Source: Oopsacas minuta
Lineage: Eukaryota > Animalia > Porifera
Assembly: GCA_024704765.1 (NCBI GenBank)
Contig: JAKMXF010000346.1
Coordinates: forward strand, 68,015-132,014
DNA: 64,000 nucleotides
Direction: 5' to 3'
This document shows positions 38,625 to 51,148 of this stretch, piece by piece. The notes under the pieces are model-generated. The model ran no database searches. It was not told where the DNA came from and saw only the letters and a list, made by a program, of their open reading frames with translations. How positions within the stretch are numbered: position 1 is the first letter of the stretch; each line of letters starts with the position of its first letter. The position numbers and the translations under genes are program-made.

Positions 38625-40283
38625 CTCGATATGCACACTGATAAAGACGGTACTGTATAAGTAGTGAAAATTTTTCCATTACACTTTGGTGGGTAAACAT
38701 AAATAGGCCTATTTGGCAAGTTTGGCCATAATCAAGTGGAGGGTAAACATAAATGTGCTTATTTAGCTGAATTGCCAAAATCGAGTAGAATCCACGGATA
38801 TAAGAGTGCAGCTGTGCCAATAAATTACGTAAACAAGTTGCTTGCGTAAAATCGTGCCAAAATTCCAGCCATTTTGACCAATTTTTGGGTAAAATAGTGT
38901 ACTACCAAATAATTCCATGATGCGTTTGTATTAATTAAATCACTACTTCAGAACGTGTAGCGTTATTACGGCTTTAAATGATTGGCTAATTATGTAATTT
39001 TTCAGAATTATAATATGCGACAATTACATCATAATTTCGTCTAGAACGAGCCAGGACTTTTGATATTGTCGATAAAGTTACCTCTAGAGCAGTAGTTATT
39101 AAACCTGTTGTGTGTTTCCCTAGGGTGCGTAATACCTCAAGAAATAGCGATGTTCAATGAAACACAGTGATACTTCTAAATGAAAATGCAATTAATCTGT
39201 CTATATAAAGATTTGTTGTATTTCCAGGGTTGATTGAAGAAACTGGAGGACTCACAGGGATGATATTTAGCACACAGGTGTATTTTAGACCTGGCTCGAC
39301 ATGTTCGAGTCTTGGACAAAATTTACTCTTGTGACGAAATTATTACGTAATTGTCACTATTCTGGATGTTTGAACAATCACATTATTCACCACTGCTCAG
39401 TCAATCTATATGATAAAAGTCTGAAATTTGAATCACAGGTACTCCACAATGGGATAAATGTCCTAATATCTTCACTTTGAATAAATGCAAACTCATCATG
39501 AGTTTATTACGCCATCATGACTGTACAAAAAATTCTATATATTCTGAAATTCATTTTTCGAATTTATGAGTATTCGAAGCAGTGCCCAGATTACTAACCG
39601 AAATTACGTGACAGCTCCAGTTTTACCACAGAGGCCATTTTATGGACTTTGAATCAGGGTTCCCGTCAGGATTATGCAATAGGAGGGTGCACCGTACACA
39701 CTCTGTCACAATACGCGTTAAAATACATCCTTAAGGAATAAAGATGATTGCCTATTTTGGGTGAATATATAACATCGAATTATTAGGCTATTATATGGTA
39801 TTACGGGATAATTCTACTAGAAAAATACTGTATGGGGTATATTAGGTGTGTTTATACACGATAGAAGGGTACAGATGTCTATTTAGGCACGATAGGGGGT
39901 GCATAATCACAATAGGGGAGGCTGCGCCCCCCCAAAAGGCTTAGCTAGAACACTGATTAAGATGGACCATGGTTAATAACGAATTTATTTTACCCTGAGG
40001 CACGTATGCCGATCACATCCCCTCACTTAGCGACCCAAAAATGCAGACATATTTTGTTGTTTAATACTTATGCTACAACAAGGCACAAAGCTCAAGGACA
40101 CATCCGCCCGTCGCACAGCGACCCAGCATCCAAAGTGCGCTAGTATATTATTTATTGCCCAATCAATGTTTCCATTGAGAATATTCCAAAATGTTAAAAT
40201 TATACAAAATGTTGCGCCCCCAGGATGCCAAGGCTGGCCCATGTGCTACTTGTCCAGCAAGTCTTGGCAGTTAACGATTGCCT

Positions 40284-42270
40284 CACAGTGTGGAACCATG
40301 CGGTAATAGGTGAATATATACATTGATATTTATCAAATTTTATGCTTTTATTCGATTCTACACTATTTCTAACCTAGAATTATGATATAATTAGTTCTCT
40401 TGTAGAATTATATCATGTCTATGAAATGCCTCAAACATATGCATAATTTACTAATTTCCTTACCTCAAAAAATGCAAATATCTTTGCTCATAGTTTTTGC
40501 TATCTTTGAATACATATCACTTCAATGTGATCTTTGTAATCGCATCTATTTTGACAAACAATTTATAATTAATTTGAACTATTTTAACCACGATCAAACA
40601 CCACATATAATTTTATGGATTTTTTGTTTTACATTTAGATAAATTCCAACAAAGTGCCCAAAGTTTCTAATCGCCGATCTTATACTGCAAACAATTGCGA
40701 GTTTGGTTTTTGATATTTTTGCATTGTTCATGAATACAGTAAAACCTCCAAAAGTGAACACCTTCACAATATGAATACTTTTTCTCGGTCTCATATTACT
40801 CCCATTGTTTTACATAATAATCACCCCTTTAGAATGTTAACACCTCTGAAAAGCGAACACTTAATTTGGTCCCAATTTCTAAATTGCATACGATATGACC
40901 TCTTAAAAGTGAACACCGGTTTTTCTGTCAGATTTTTAACTAGGCTATCAGCTTTGTTATCACACTACTTTTGATAGCAGGCAAGTTAATTTTAAAATTT
41001 TCTTTGCTGGACTCCTGGATGGCGCTGGAGGTGCTTCATGCATCTTTGTTCGGCAACACACTCCCAAATTAAAGCTTGGAATGAGTTGAATCTGGATTCC
41101 CTAGTAACAGATTTGTCAAGGATGTACATGCAGTTTGCAGTGAACTTAATGAAGAAGGGTTTTTGAAATTACCCTCTCAACAACGTGTTAGTATACCTCA
41201 CCCACCAACTTCCAAAATTGACATCATAGCGGCCTCTCCATTATACGCATATCTTGTGTCTTGAAATGTTTCATGAACCTCTTTTATAATCTAGACTCAG
41301 GTTACAAAGGATGGTCGTCAAGAAACATCAAGTTGTGAGCATCAATGATACGGATTAGAGCCATCTTTGAAGATAAGTGTAGTATTGGTGTGGATATTCC
41401 TTCAAGCCATGTCGGTACTTCGACAACTGAAAATGTGGTGCGTGACTGTTTTATGGATAAGAGAGATTTCTTGAAATGGGTTACATCTTCAATTGATCTC
41501 GTTCATAAACCGGCACTTGAAATAATTCAAACCAATTTATCAGTAATTTTAAGACTGGTCAACAGTGGTGAACTGACCAATTGTGTTAAGTTAGAGGAAC
41601 TGTACAAGGAAACATATCAATTCATTCTAAAACAGTTCCCTTGGTTGGGCAAGCATTACACCTCCCTTGCATAAATTATTTCTCATTCTTTTCAAATAAT
41701 TCATCTTCATAATCGAGGCTACGGTTTGAAAAATCTTTCAGAAGAGTGCCAAGAAGCCTGGGACAAGTATGTACGACGTTTCCGTGAAAATTTAGCTCGT
41801 AAGACACCTTTGGTAACAATGTACGTGATCTAATAGTGATCCAATACTGGTAGAAATCGTTTCAAAACAACGAAGGTAACAGTTAACCAAGTAACTAATA
41901 GCGTACAAGATACTTTGTTCAATAATATACTTATGGAAAATTATCAATAGTAGTCTAGTCTATCACTCGTTAGTTTCAATAATACTATGCATATGCTGTT
42001 GTTAGTAAGAGAAATGCATAATATTGATTGCTTACTCTCTATGAATACAGTTGTTAATTTGTTATTATTATCATTATTGACAACCCATAAAATTCGTTTA
42101 ATTCATTATTATATGATGACGTCATTTTTGCACATGCTTGAGGTGTTAGCTAAATTCTAACAATTTTTTGGATCCATAGGGTCGATTTCCTGCATCCATT
42201 AATGTATCATTTAGCCGCATTTTAGACGTAGACGCCTATTACCCCATAATCGCCATTTTGGCACACTGTG
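40284..42270 (+). mobile_element. Transib/RAG1-like transposon family 2, decayed and internally deleted, 1987 bp
   Basis: CACAGTG at 40284; CACTGTG ending 42270; exact TSD TGCCT (40279-40283, 42271-42275). Remnants at ~41000-41940 (LDGAGGASC, EEGFLKLPSQQR..IIAASPLYAYL, TSTTENVVRDCF, GYGLKNLSEECQEA..YVRRFRENLARK) are colinear with the family-1 C-terminal half. Confidence 0.9.
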
Positions 42271-42765
42271 TGCCTTAAATGATCTAGAACAGAATCCAAA
42301 CACTTTTAGCTTTTAATCCTTTCTAAATCACCACTTCTCCGAAGAAATGAGTGCCTTAAAATGATCTAAAACGACATCCGATGGTGGAGACACTTATAAT
42401 ACTAATACCACATCCGCCAGGTTCTCTTAAATATATGGATTGTTTATCTTCTTCATTTGTAGGACACTTTTTTATCATATCTTATTCATCAAATTGCCCT
42501 TATGCTGGGCGATTGCACTTCCTTTATTATTTTCATTATTACTTCCCCAAAGGAACTAATTAAAACACTTCCATATTTTCATCAATCGTTATCTAAATGT
42601 TATTTTCTTGCAATTTTTATTGAATTTGTGCTTCATTTATCCTATGTTTGGATTTTGTTATCATTGTTTTGAGGTTTAGAATCTTCCTACTTTTTATGAC
42701 CTAACTCATCAAAATTTCTTGGAATTTTACTCCTTTTAATTGATCTATCGTACAATTCTTTTTAT

Positions 42766-43098
42766 ATGGCCAAACATCATCCAGATTTAATATTTTGTAG
42801 AAAACAGCCAGGAGTTGCTATTGGAAGATTATGCGAGAAATGTGACGGTAAGTGTGTAATTTGTGATAGCTATGTTCGTCCCTGCACATTAGTAAGAATA
42901 TGTGACGAATGCAATTATGGTTCTTATCAGGGGAGATGCACTATATGTGGAGGTCCTGGAGTTTCTGATGCCTATTATTGTAAAGAATGTACCACTATGG
43001 AAAAGGATCGTGATGGTTGTCCCAAGATCGTAAATTTGGGTAGTTCAAAGACGGATTTGTTTTATGAAAGGAAGAAATATGGTTTTAAAAAAAGATAA
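42766..43098 (+). CDS. PHF5A: PHD finger-like domain-containing protein 5A (SF3b subunit), intronless, 110 aa
   Basis: [14 protein letters not shown]...[13 protein letters not shown]; from memory about 4 substitutions relative to the vertebrate protein. Confidence 0.99.
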   Translation: MAKHHPDLIFCRKQPGVAIGRLCEKCDGKCVICDSYVRPCTLVRICDECNYGSYQGRCTICGGPGVSDAYYCKECTTMEKDRDGCPKIVNLGSSKTDLFYERKKYGFKKR

Positions 43099-43601
43099 AA
43101 CAATATTCAACTAACACAGAGGCATTGTTATCTTTCACAAAGGTTATTATATGTTCTCGTCGTTTTGGAAAGATATAGTTCGGATTTGAGCAAACTCTAA
43201 CTAGCATAAATTATGAAATATCTATCCTAAAATTGATTCCATTCAATATTGTTTGGATACTGTTTCTTTTCCAGATTTTTATTGTATTCAATATTGTTCC
43301 TCTGCCACCTGTCACTGAGGTAGTCATTTGGAATTTTGTAGATGGCGTTGTCCTGTATTTGAATCCCGAAATTTTGGTCGAACGAATTATTGCTCGATTA
43401 TATCTAATAGAAAACACATATTGTTTGGTCGTGATTCCAGCCAATTGATTTATTATTTTTCATCCCTAAATGTCATTACACTTTTCTGAAGAATAGTTTG
43501 ACGTTCTTATCCAGTATAACAACTTCAAATTATTTTTCATTTGTATATTCACAATTTATACAAATCTACACACATGCTTAAAAATTCTGAATTACGTGTG
43601 T

Positions 43602-44602
43602 CTAGAGTGATGTAATTCTATCCTTAATCCTTGCGTGGTAAGCTTCAGCTCCATTATTTGTCGTAAATTTTGAGTCAAAAATTGACAATTCTTCTGGGTT
43701 GACATGGGTTATCCATCTCTTTTGAAGTATTTGTTTAGTTTCTCCAATTTCATTGCTTCTGTAGGTGTGATATTCGCAGGAAATTGAAGTAGTGGTAGGT
43801 TGGATGGGTGAAACTACTGGAAGAAATGGAATGTGCATTAATTGACGGATATATCTTGCCACTTCTATATTATCTTTAAAACTCTCTGTAAGTCCCAGTT
43901 CCTGAGTTTATACTATATTCGCTGCGTAAAATGAAACCAGCATCCAAACAGTTTTATATTAGGAAAGAGTTCTTTCAGAGCCTTACGAAGAGCAGCTTCC
44001 CAATCGGACATGGATTTAGTGGGTTGAAGTTCGGGTAGAAGCTGATGTATGTGATTTAGTATTGCTTTATATAGTTCCTCATTCTTACCAGTCATTAGAC
44101 AGTGTATGCCCGGTAAAGCATGTCGATCAACGACAGAAATATAGTCCAAAGCTGGTAAATAAGGACTGGAATGGTATAAAATGTTCCATCAAACTGGATG
44201 TGGATTATTTGGGATAAATGTTCGGATATTATCTAAGAAAAATATAATAGCCGTGTGGTCATTAATAGAGACAGTACATCTATAAAACGCTGCATATGTT
44301 GGATTTGGCAACATATCAGAAAATTCTGCAGGAGATGTTGGGATCTTTGGTTGCAATTCTCTCCTCGAACTATACATTGAGGATTCGCATTCAGTAAACG
44401 ACACATGAAACGCTGCAACATCTTCGCCAGTTACGTCATTGAAGATTTTTCTAAGATTATCCTGCGAGTTCCGTGCACGATTCTTACAATTTGATTTTAA
44501 TTCATAGACGTCAGACTGATATTCTATGATGCCATGATTATAGTGTATAGCAGGAGTGATTAGATTTGAGACGATTAAACTTCGCAGTAGTTTTACATCC
44601 AT
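43602..44602 (-). pseudogene. MULE transposase remnant
   Basis: GIHCLMTGKNEELY, MSDWEAALRKA..LFGCWFHFTQ and TTNNGAEAYH across three frames. Confidence 0.85.
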
Positions 44603-44913
44603 TCTGAAAAGAACACATCTTAGATAAACATTATTTATCTTGCTTTGGACTTGTAATATTTATGACCATGTGGAGTCTGAAAAATCCTTCCATCCTGGCG
44701 TCGATAATCTGCGTATTTGTATTCCATGAAATTGTTTGATAATTATATTATTATGTATTATTTATATTAATCTATGAAACATTGTAGCAGGGTTAAGACC
44801 TCAAGGTATTGCGAAAAGATATCCGATATAACCTTAAGAATACCTACAAATTTCAATGGAATAATAATAGTATATAATTCACAACTACGAGTGATGCCAA
44901 TGAAAACCATAAT

Positions 44914-45003
44914 ATTACTGTCGAACTAACGCCAACTGTCTGAAATTACTGTCGAACTAACGCTAACTAACTGAAATTACTGTCGAACTAACAGCAACTG
45001 TCC
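44914..45003. repeat. Three 31-bp tandem units (ATTACTGTCGAACTAAC core), probably MULE subterminal; same block recurs at ~48660-48760
   Basis: Core starts at 44914, 44945 and 44976. The second locus has two units with a similar downstream CAAATTCGRACTAATG. Confidence 0.85.
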
Positions 45004-45492
45004 AAATTCGAACTAATGGAGGCGCCCAATTTCCATCTCTTCTGCAAACATATTCCTTAATCTGATAGGATACAGGGGAGCTCTGCACTTCCATTTGTAC
45101 TTTTTACCAGTGCTCAACAAATCTGGTGGTTTGGTGGCTATAACCGCCAGAAATTTCTTGAAGTCACAAAAACATCGTGTTTTGATTAGTTATCATATTA
45201 TTAGTGAGATTGGAAATTTGAAATTATACATTTTCTCAAAAACTTTCAAATTTTGAAATTATGTAAGAATTATCGCATTTTACAATATTTTCACAAAAAA
45301 AACTTCAAAAATCTCACCTACTCTACATATGCATCGTCATCAACACCTTGTTAATCTGTGTAAAACATTTTCTTAAATTTTTTCTGATTGTTTCAAATTT
45401 TCAGGATATGATCATTGGTCTTTATGCTTCATTATTCCATCGAAAACCATGACGTATTGTGTAAGTTGTGCCCTTGTACTATTCTTTTAAAG

Positions 45493-45871
45493 CAGGGTTG
45501 GCTAGTTTAATCCAACCCCGGGTCGGGTTAAACCACTTTAGTGAAACTGGGTTAAACACTATTTTATGGTCAAAACTGGTTATTACACTGTGCTAAACCT
45601 CATTTAAAGGGTATGTTACCTAATTGTGTTTGAGACTCTAATTTAGGATTTCCAGACTATAATTTGATTAATCAAACTATAGAAGCATATTTCCCCTTTT
45701 GGAAACTCGATTTTAATAATATTTAACACATATATGGAATTGGAATGAATGCTAAAATTTTACTAAATAACGTCTGGTTCTAAGTCAATTGTACGATTAC
45801 AGATCTTTATTAATGAAGACTTTGAATATCCACTGTGTTTACAATTTAACCCGTCTTAAACTCCAACCCTG
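45493..45871. mobile_element. MITE with CAGGGTTGG termini, 379 bp
   Basis: CAGGGTTGG at 45493; CCAACCCTG ending 45871; TTTAAAG on both flanks. Confidence 0.7.
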
Positions 45872-46549
45872 TTTAAAGTATTCAATCCTTGGTATCGGTA
45901 TTCAAAATTTGTGTATTTTCACAAATTCCTGAAATTTGTTACACTTGCATGCGAAAACTATTTGAATGAGTACCGTAAATTTTTGGGTTCTTCCGGACGG
46001 TATGAGTACATTCGAGTACAGGCCAAAACTTCCAATTGATATATTACCATATAATTTAGGGACATGTATTTCTACAAATAGCATAAAAAAAGTAGAAAAT
46101 TTGGTAGTAAAATTCGAAATCTGCAAAAATACAACTGTTCAAAAATCAAGACAGGCGATAGTGTTGTATTATCGAATAATTGAATATATAAGAACCTTGA
46201 TCCTGAGCAAATCTAGAGTAATAGATGTATATATTACTACTATAGATCACGAGCAGCTACACAAGTGTTCTGTTAAATAACTCGAGTAATGATACAGTAT
46301 CTTAAATATCGATGGAATTTATTGCTTAGAACAAGCCTTGACTCCAAAAAATGAATGTTTTGAATTGACAACACAACACAGTCGAATTATAATGTGGTCC
46401 TTTCAGTAGGCCATCACCATTATGCAAGTGGTGGCTAAATAAACCACACGGAATTTAATTTTGTGGAGGAATGCTTCTACCTATGTAATTATTTCGAAAT
46501 AGTTGGCTATGGATATTGAATTAGAGGTGAAATCTTGCATCAATATGTT

Positions 46550-47990
46550 AAAAATCTATTAAGTAGTTTTCAGGGACAAAGGCCAGAATGGGACAAATCG
46601 ATAACATTAGAATTTCATTGAGGGCTCGCGATCTTGACTGTAATTCATAGTTTACAAATATGACTAAATTCTTCTTTAAATGTAAGAAACAGGACCTAAT
46701 AACAGACATAAAGTTGTCCTCCATAGCATTCATAGCTCCATTTTGGAGTCAACTATAATGAGAATTCGGGATCAAAGCTGGTCGATTTCAAATAACTTAC
46801 AAAAATGCTGTATCCAAGGTTGTTTCTTCCTTATAGGATAATAATGCATAAAACGCAAGGTATTACCAATCCTCACATTCTATCTGATTGAATATAACTG
46901 GAACACAGCTCCTACTTTAAAGGTTCCATTGTAAAGCCAATTGTTACTCTTGCAAAGAAGAGACAAGAATTTTGGGATGGCATACAGAATTATTCTTTGT
47001 TCATCACCAATCCGGAGTCAAACATTAAGACGGATCGCCTTTAAGAGTAGTTTGATATGATTATCCCAGCTTGTCTTTCAGGGTATCCACAACTTTCAAT
47101 ACCGGCGCATTTATATACTCGTATAGTGCGTTTGACTGATTCTAACTTGGGCGGTGGGAATGGTATGTCGCGGGCTTTATGAATACATAGAGGACAAGAG
47201 ACGGCCCGCACTTTTGCAAACGACATTATAAAGGTAGGGAGTATAATCTGTCCTAGCACAGATCATACCCAGGTATATTCTGGGCTGTTACATTAGTGTA
47301 TCCAATCGGGATTGTTAATATAAATAGGAAATAGAAAATAGAAAATCGGTCTATTTCGCAGGGTCAAGTTAAAAAAATGAAATAGGTACAATATACAGGA
47401 TAATAAAGAACTAAGTAAGCCCTAAATAGCATTGGAGCCATTTAATAAAGTCTAAATTTTCTTCCATAGCTTTGATCTTTGTAAATAGTTTAAATAGAAC
47501 TGCACATCATGTTTGGAAATCAAATACCAAGTATTTTAAGTGAAACACCAGCCATGACAGACCATGGAAGTACCAAATACTTCAAGTCTAAACATCTGAA
47601 ATTGAACCCACTACAAGGCTATTGCTCAAGTAATTCCAGGGTAACCCTCCCTGGCTTGGGAAACGTATTCACGATACTTGGATGAATTGTCTTTAAGGAT
47701 GTACAAAGTATTGCCCTAGTGCTTTGTTCGGAGTTAGTTGCCCATTTATTGAATTTTGGAATATGTTATTAGCATTTAGAATTTGAGAGGGTGCATGAGT
47801 GTAATCATTCGTTAGTTGAGTGATATTCCATTGGTTTTATGACGATATCATTCAGTGTGATTATTACAACATTACATTCACCACGCTTTTTCGCATACTC
47901 ACTAATATAAATCACCATTTATGCAATTGGAAATATACAAGTACCCTTCAAGTTTGTTATTGATCTTTTCTATCGAAAATGAGTGGATGC
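46550..47990 (-). pseudogene. Heavily decayed FLYWCH-MULE transposase remnants
   Basis: Manual translation gives EGYLY..NGDLY..CEKRGEC (~47940-47860), PPKLESVKRTIR (~47150) and RIILYA..LSLLCKSNNWLYNGTFKV..FQLYSI (~46990-46880). Boundaries approximate. Confidence 0.65.
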
Positions 47991-49389
47991 AATAGCCATA
48001 AACAGTGAAAGCGAACTAGGATGTTCGAATTTTATTTGACATTCTTCCTAGGGCTGATCACCCCAGAATATGGAGTTTTATGATCCATATTAATGAAATA
48101 ATAATGGAAACAGATAACGAATTTGGGAGGCTGTCCCTGGGTAAGGATATAACAAGACCGAGAATAAAGACAAACATTCTAACTGATGATCGTCGTAGAC
48201 GTTGTAAACAAAATTTCAATCCGGATGCTATACCACGTGGGAATATATAAATGCAGTAAGTCAGGCCATTGAAAATATTCGCGATCCACACGAGGAAATG
48301 GAATTCTCTGACTTTTCAGAAGATTCAGAAACAGATCATATTGATGATGATAATACAACCACCACAAATGTGTTGTTTGTCTAAATTCACGAACATCTAT
48401 TTGGATCTTTCTAACTTGCAAACTTGCCCAGTGCTGTATGGAATGATGTAAACAAATCGAAGAACTTGGACAATCGTGTCCCGTCTGTCGGTCTCCGATA
48501 GAAAGGAGCTTTGCAATATTTACCAATTAGCTTCATTAGTGATACATTCATAAAATATTTAACTATTTGTTTAGGACTCATTAAATTACGTCCAAATATA
48601 CATAGATTCTACCTTTTGGTGTAAAACAACGAAGGTCGGCCAAATTCTTTCTCCAGCTAACACCAACTAACTGATATTACTGTCGAACTAACGCCAACTG
48701 TCTGAAATTACTGTCGAACAACAGCAACTGTCCAAATTCGGACTAATGCAGCGCTCCCATGGAAATGACCAAGCACGAACCAACAACAATGTCGAAGGTT
48801 GGAATTTAATATTCATGGTCCATCCTACTTACTTTTAATGACATTCTGTTGTAACATTGGAGCTTATAAGTTGTTTTAGGTTATTGATCTCGGCAATGAA
48901 TTCTCTGAGCATAGTGGCCTGATGGATCCAAATCCAATCAGTAATTAATTTCTCACACCACAAAAATCCATATCCTATCCATATCCATATCTACAGTAGA
49001 CCTCGGATATAATCTACCCTCAAGAGAGAGAAATACAAAGTACGTTATAACCTAGTTGTATTTACATAGAATTCTATGTAATCTGAAATTTTTGGTTCAG
49101 AAAATTTAGTACATTATATGCCGAAAAACGTTATATCCGAGTTCTAGTGTATATGCATAGATGTAGAATATTCACATTTGTGAGAAAAGTATAGGACCTG
49201 ATACTTGGCCTTTACCATGTAAATGATATAATAGATTAATATTGTTATTAATATAGAACATTCCAGTTAACATAACCTTGCCTCTATCCTTTACTGTCTT
49301 GTGACGAATATTTTGGACACAAGGGACTACCAAAAAATCACAAAAAGAAGTTACCAGCAAATTCAAATGAAAAATCGCGTACACTTCAA

Positions 49390-49945
49390 TTGGGTATTTG
49401 ACCGACATATCGTATAACTAGGGAAATACTTGTCATTATTCAAAATATAGCGTTGATGGATTACGAAAATGTCATCAGAATTGTAAAAATATGTGATGAC
49501 TTTGCATTGAGGTTTTGAAATTTTTCTATTCGTGTCAACTATAATGTGTTATTTGATCGGCTTCTCAATATTATTTTGATACAAATTTCTTCTACATACT
49601 ATTGAGGGCTGGTGGATTATGTATGTAAATTTTCTTTCAAAAATATTCTTTACGTTTTGAAATATTCTATTGTGAAAAATTCAACGAATAAGTTGGCTAG
49701 GGTCACTACAGTCAGTTCAAATTCATGTTTCTCCCCCTAATCCGACTAAATTTCAATTATTTTTATGCTAATCGATAGTTGAGACATAGACGTTTATAAC
49801 AATATCGATATTTTCGTGAAACACTACAAATTATCCCTAGCAACGGCCTGTAAAAATCGCTAAATTCTAAGGTATTTGTGTATTACGAATTCTAACTTTG
49901 AGATCAATTCTTGAAGTTATTTCTCTTCAGAACACCTTCAATATT
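49390..49945. repeat. Dispersed non-coding repeat
   Basis: ~49390-49720 is the reverse complement of ~62905-63250; ~49745-49945 is the reverse complement of ~58640-58849. Confidence 0.75.
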
Positions 49946-51148
49946 TATAGATACCTTATTTCGTATCTTATAATTCAATTTCTTAAAAAATAAGAGGTTG
50001 CTAGTACTTTTATGATGATTTATATATTTATTGTTATTTTGTTTTTCTCAATTTCCTCAGTTGCTTCACTTTAATTATTGCATTTTAATAAGGTAATTAT
50101 TGCATAGACTATACACGTAAGACTATACAGCACTTGTTTAGATCATTAGTACGTATAGGAAGTCATATAGTCATACTTGTTATAGTTTCCATTGCAACTT
50201 GTTTCAAAGAATACCAAAAACAGTTGATAAACGTTACTTATGTAATAACACCGATAATTAATATTATAATGTATAAACCACTCTCATATTATAGAATTTC
50301 TTCCTCAAGATGGTTCAAAGAGATAAATTTAGAGATCGTATTCAGAGTTATTTTACCATTTATCACCAAAGCAAAATACAAATATCAGTATAAATTCTAC
50401 AATGAATGATTCCAATATATACTGTATGAAAACTTGCTCTTCGTGTCTGAAAATATTACACAATCAGAAACATATATCGCCATGTATGGCTTCTTGAACT
50501 GTCTTACTATTGCTTAAACACCTGAAAACCAATCTCTCCATACAAACTGGGTATAAGAAATAATGTAAGCACTATTAAAAATTTATGAATTTTGTGGTAT
50601 TTCATATCTAGAATAAACTCATACAATTTTAAGTTTAGCCTTTCACAAAAAACTTTTCGTCCATAAGTAATGGGTTGGAATCTAGGAAATGTATAATCTA
50701 GTTTACCCAATTCTATATAGTCTAAATCGGTAACATTTCTAATCTCTAACCCGAGTAAACTAATATTTTGAACTTCCTATAGTTTCTATTTCTGTAGTTA
50801 CTAACGACTTTTGTAGACTAATTAATGGTGTATTATTCGATTTTACACCTTCAAATGCCTTTGAAAAATTTAAATCGGAAGGTTTAATATTGCCAAGTTT
50901 AGTCATTTCCTTTTGGACCATTCTTCATTACAATTTTTTCATTTTTAGTATTCTCATACATTTTTCGAAATGCTCACCAAAGGGAGATATTTGCATGTAA
51001 GTTACAGCATTTAACTTACATTTGCTTAATCCTCATATTCCCCAGGTATTTCAATACCAATTTCTTTCTCACACTTAAGACACATCTCTATTTCGGTAAA
51101 TTTGTTCTCATAATCATTGGATCGTTTTTCAAAACATAAATATACATA

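Noticed and set aside
44914-45003. CRISPR-like array
   Set aside because: The units are contiguous near-identical repeats without unique spacers, there are no cas genes, and the context is eukaryotic.
39215-45840. Other isolated CACAGTG/CACTGTG heptamers (~39223, ~45588, ~45830; also ~29205)
   Set aside because: No partner end, TSD or transposase remnant; expected by chance or part of a hAT terminus.
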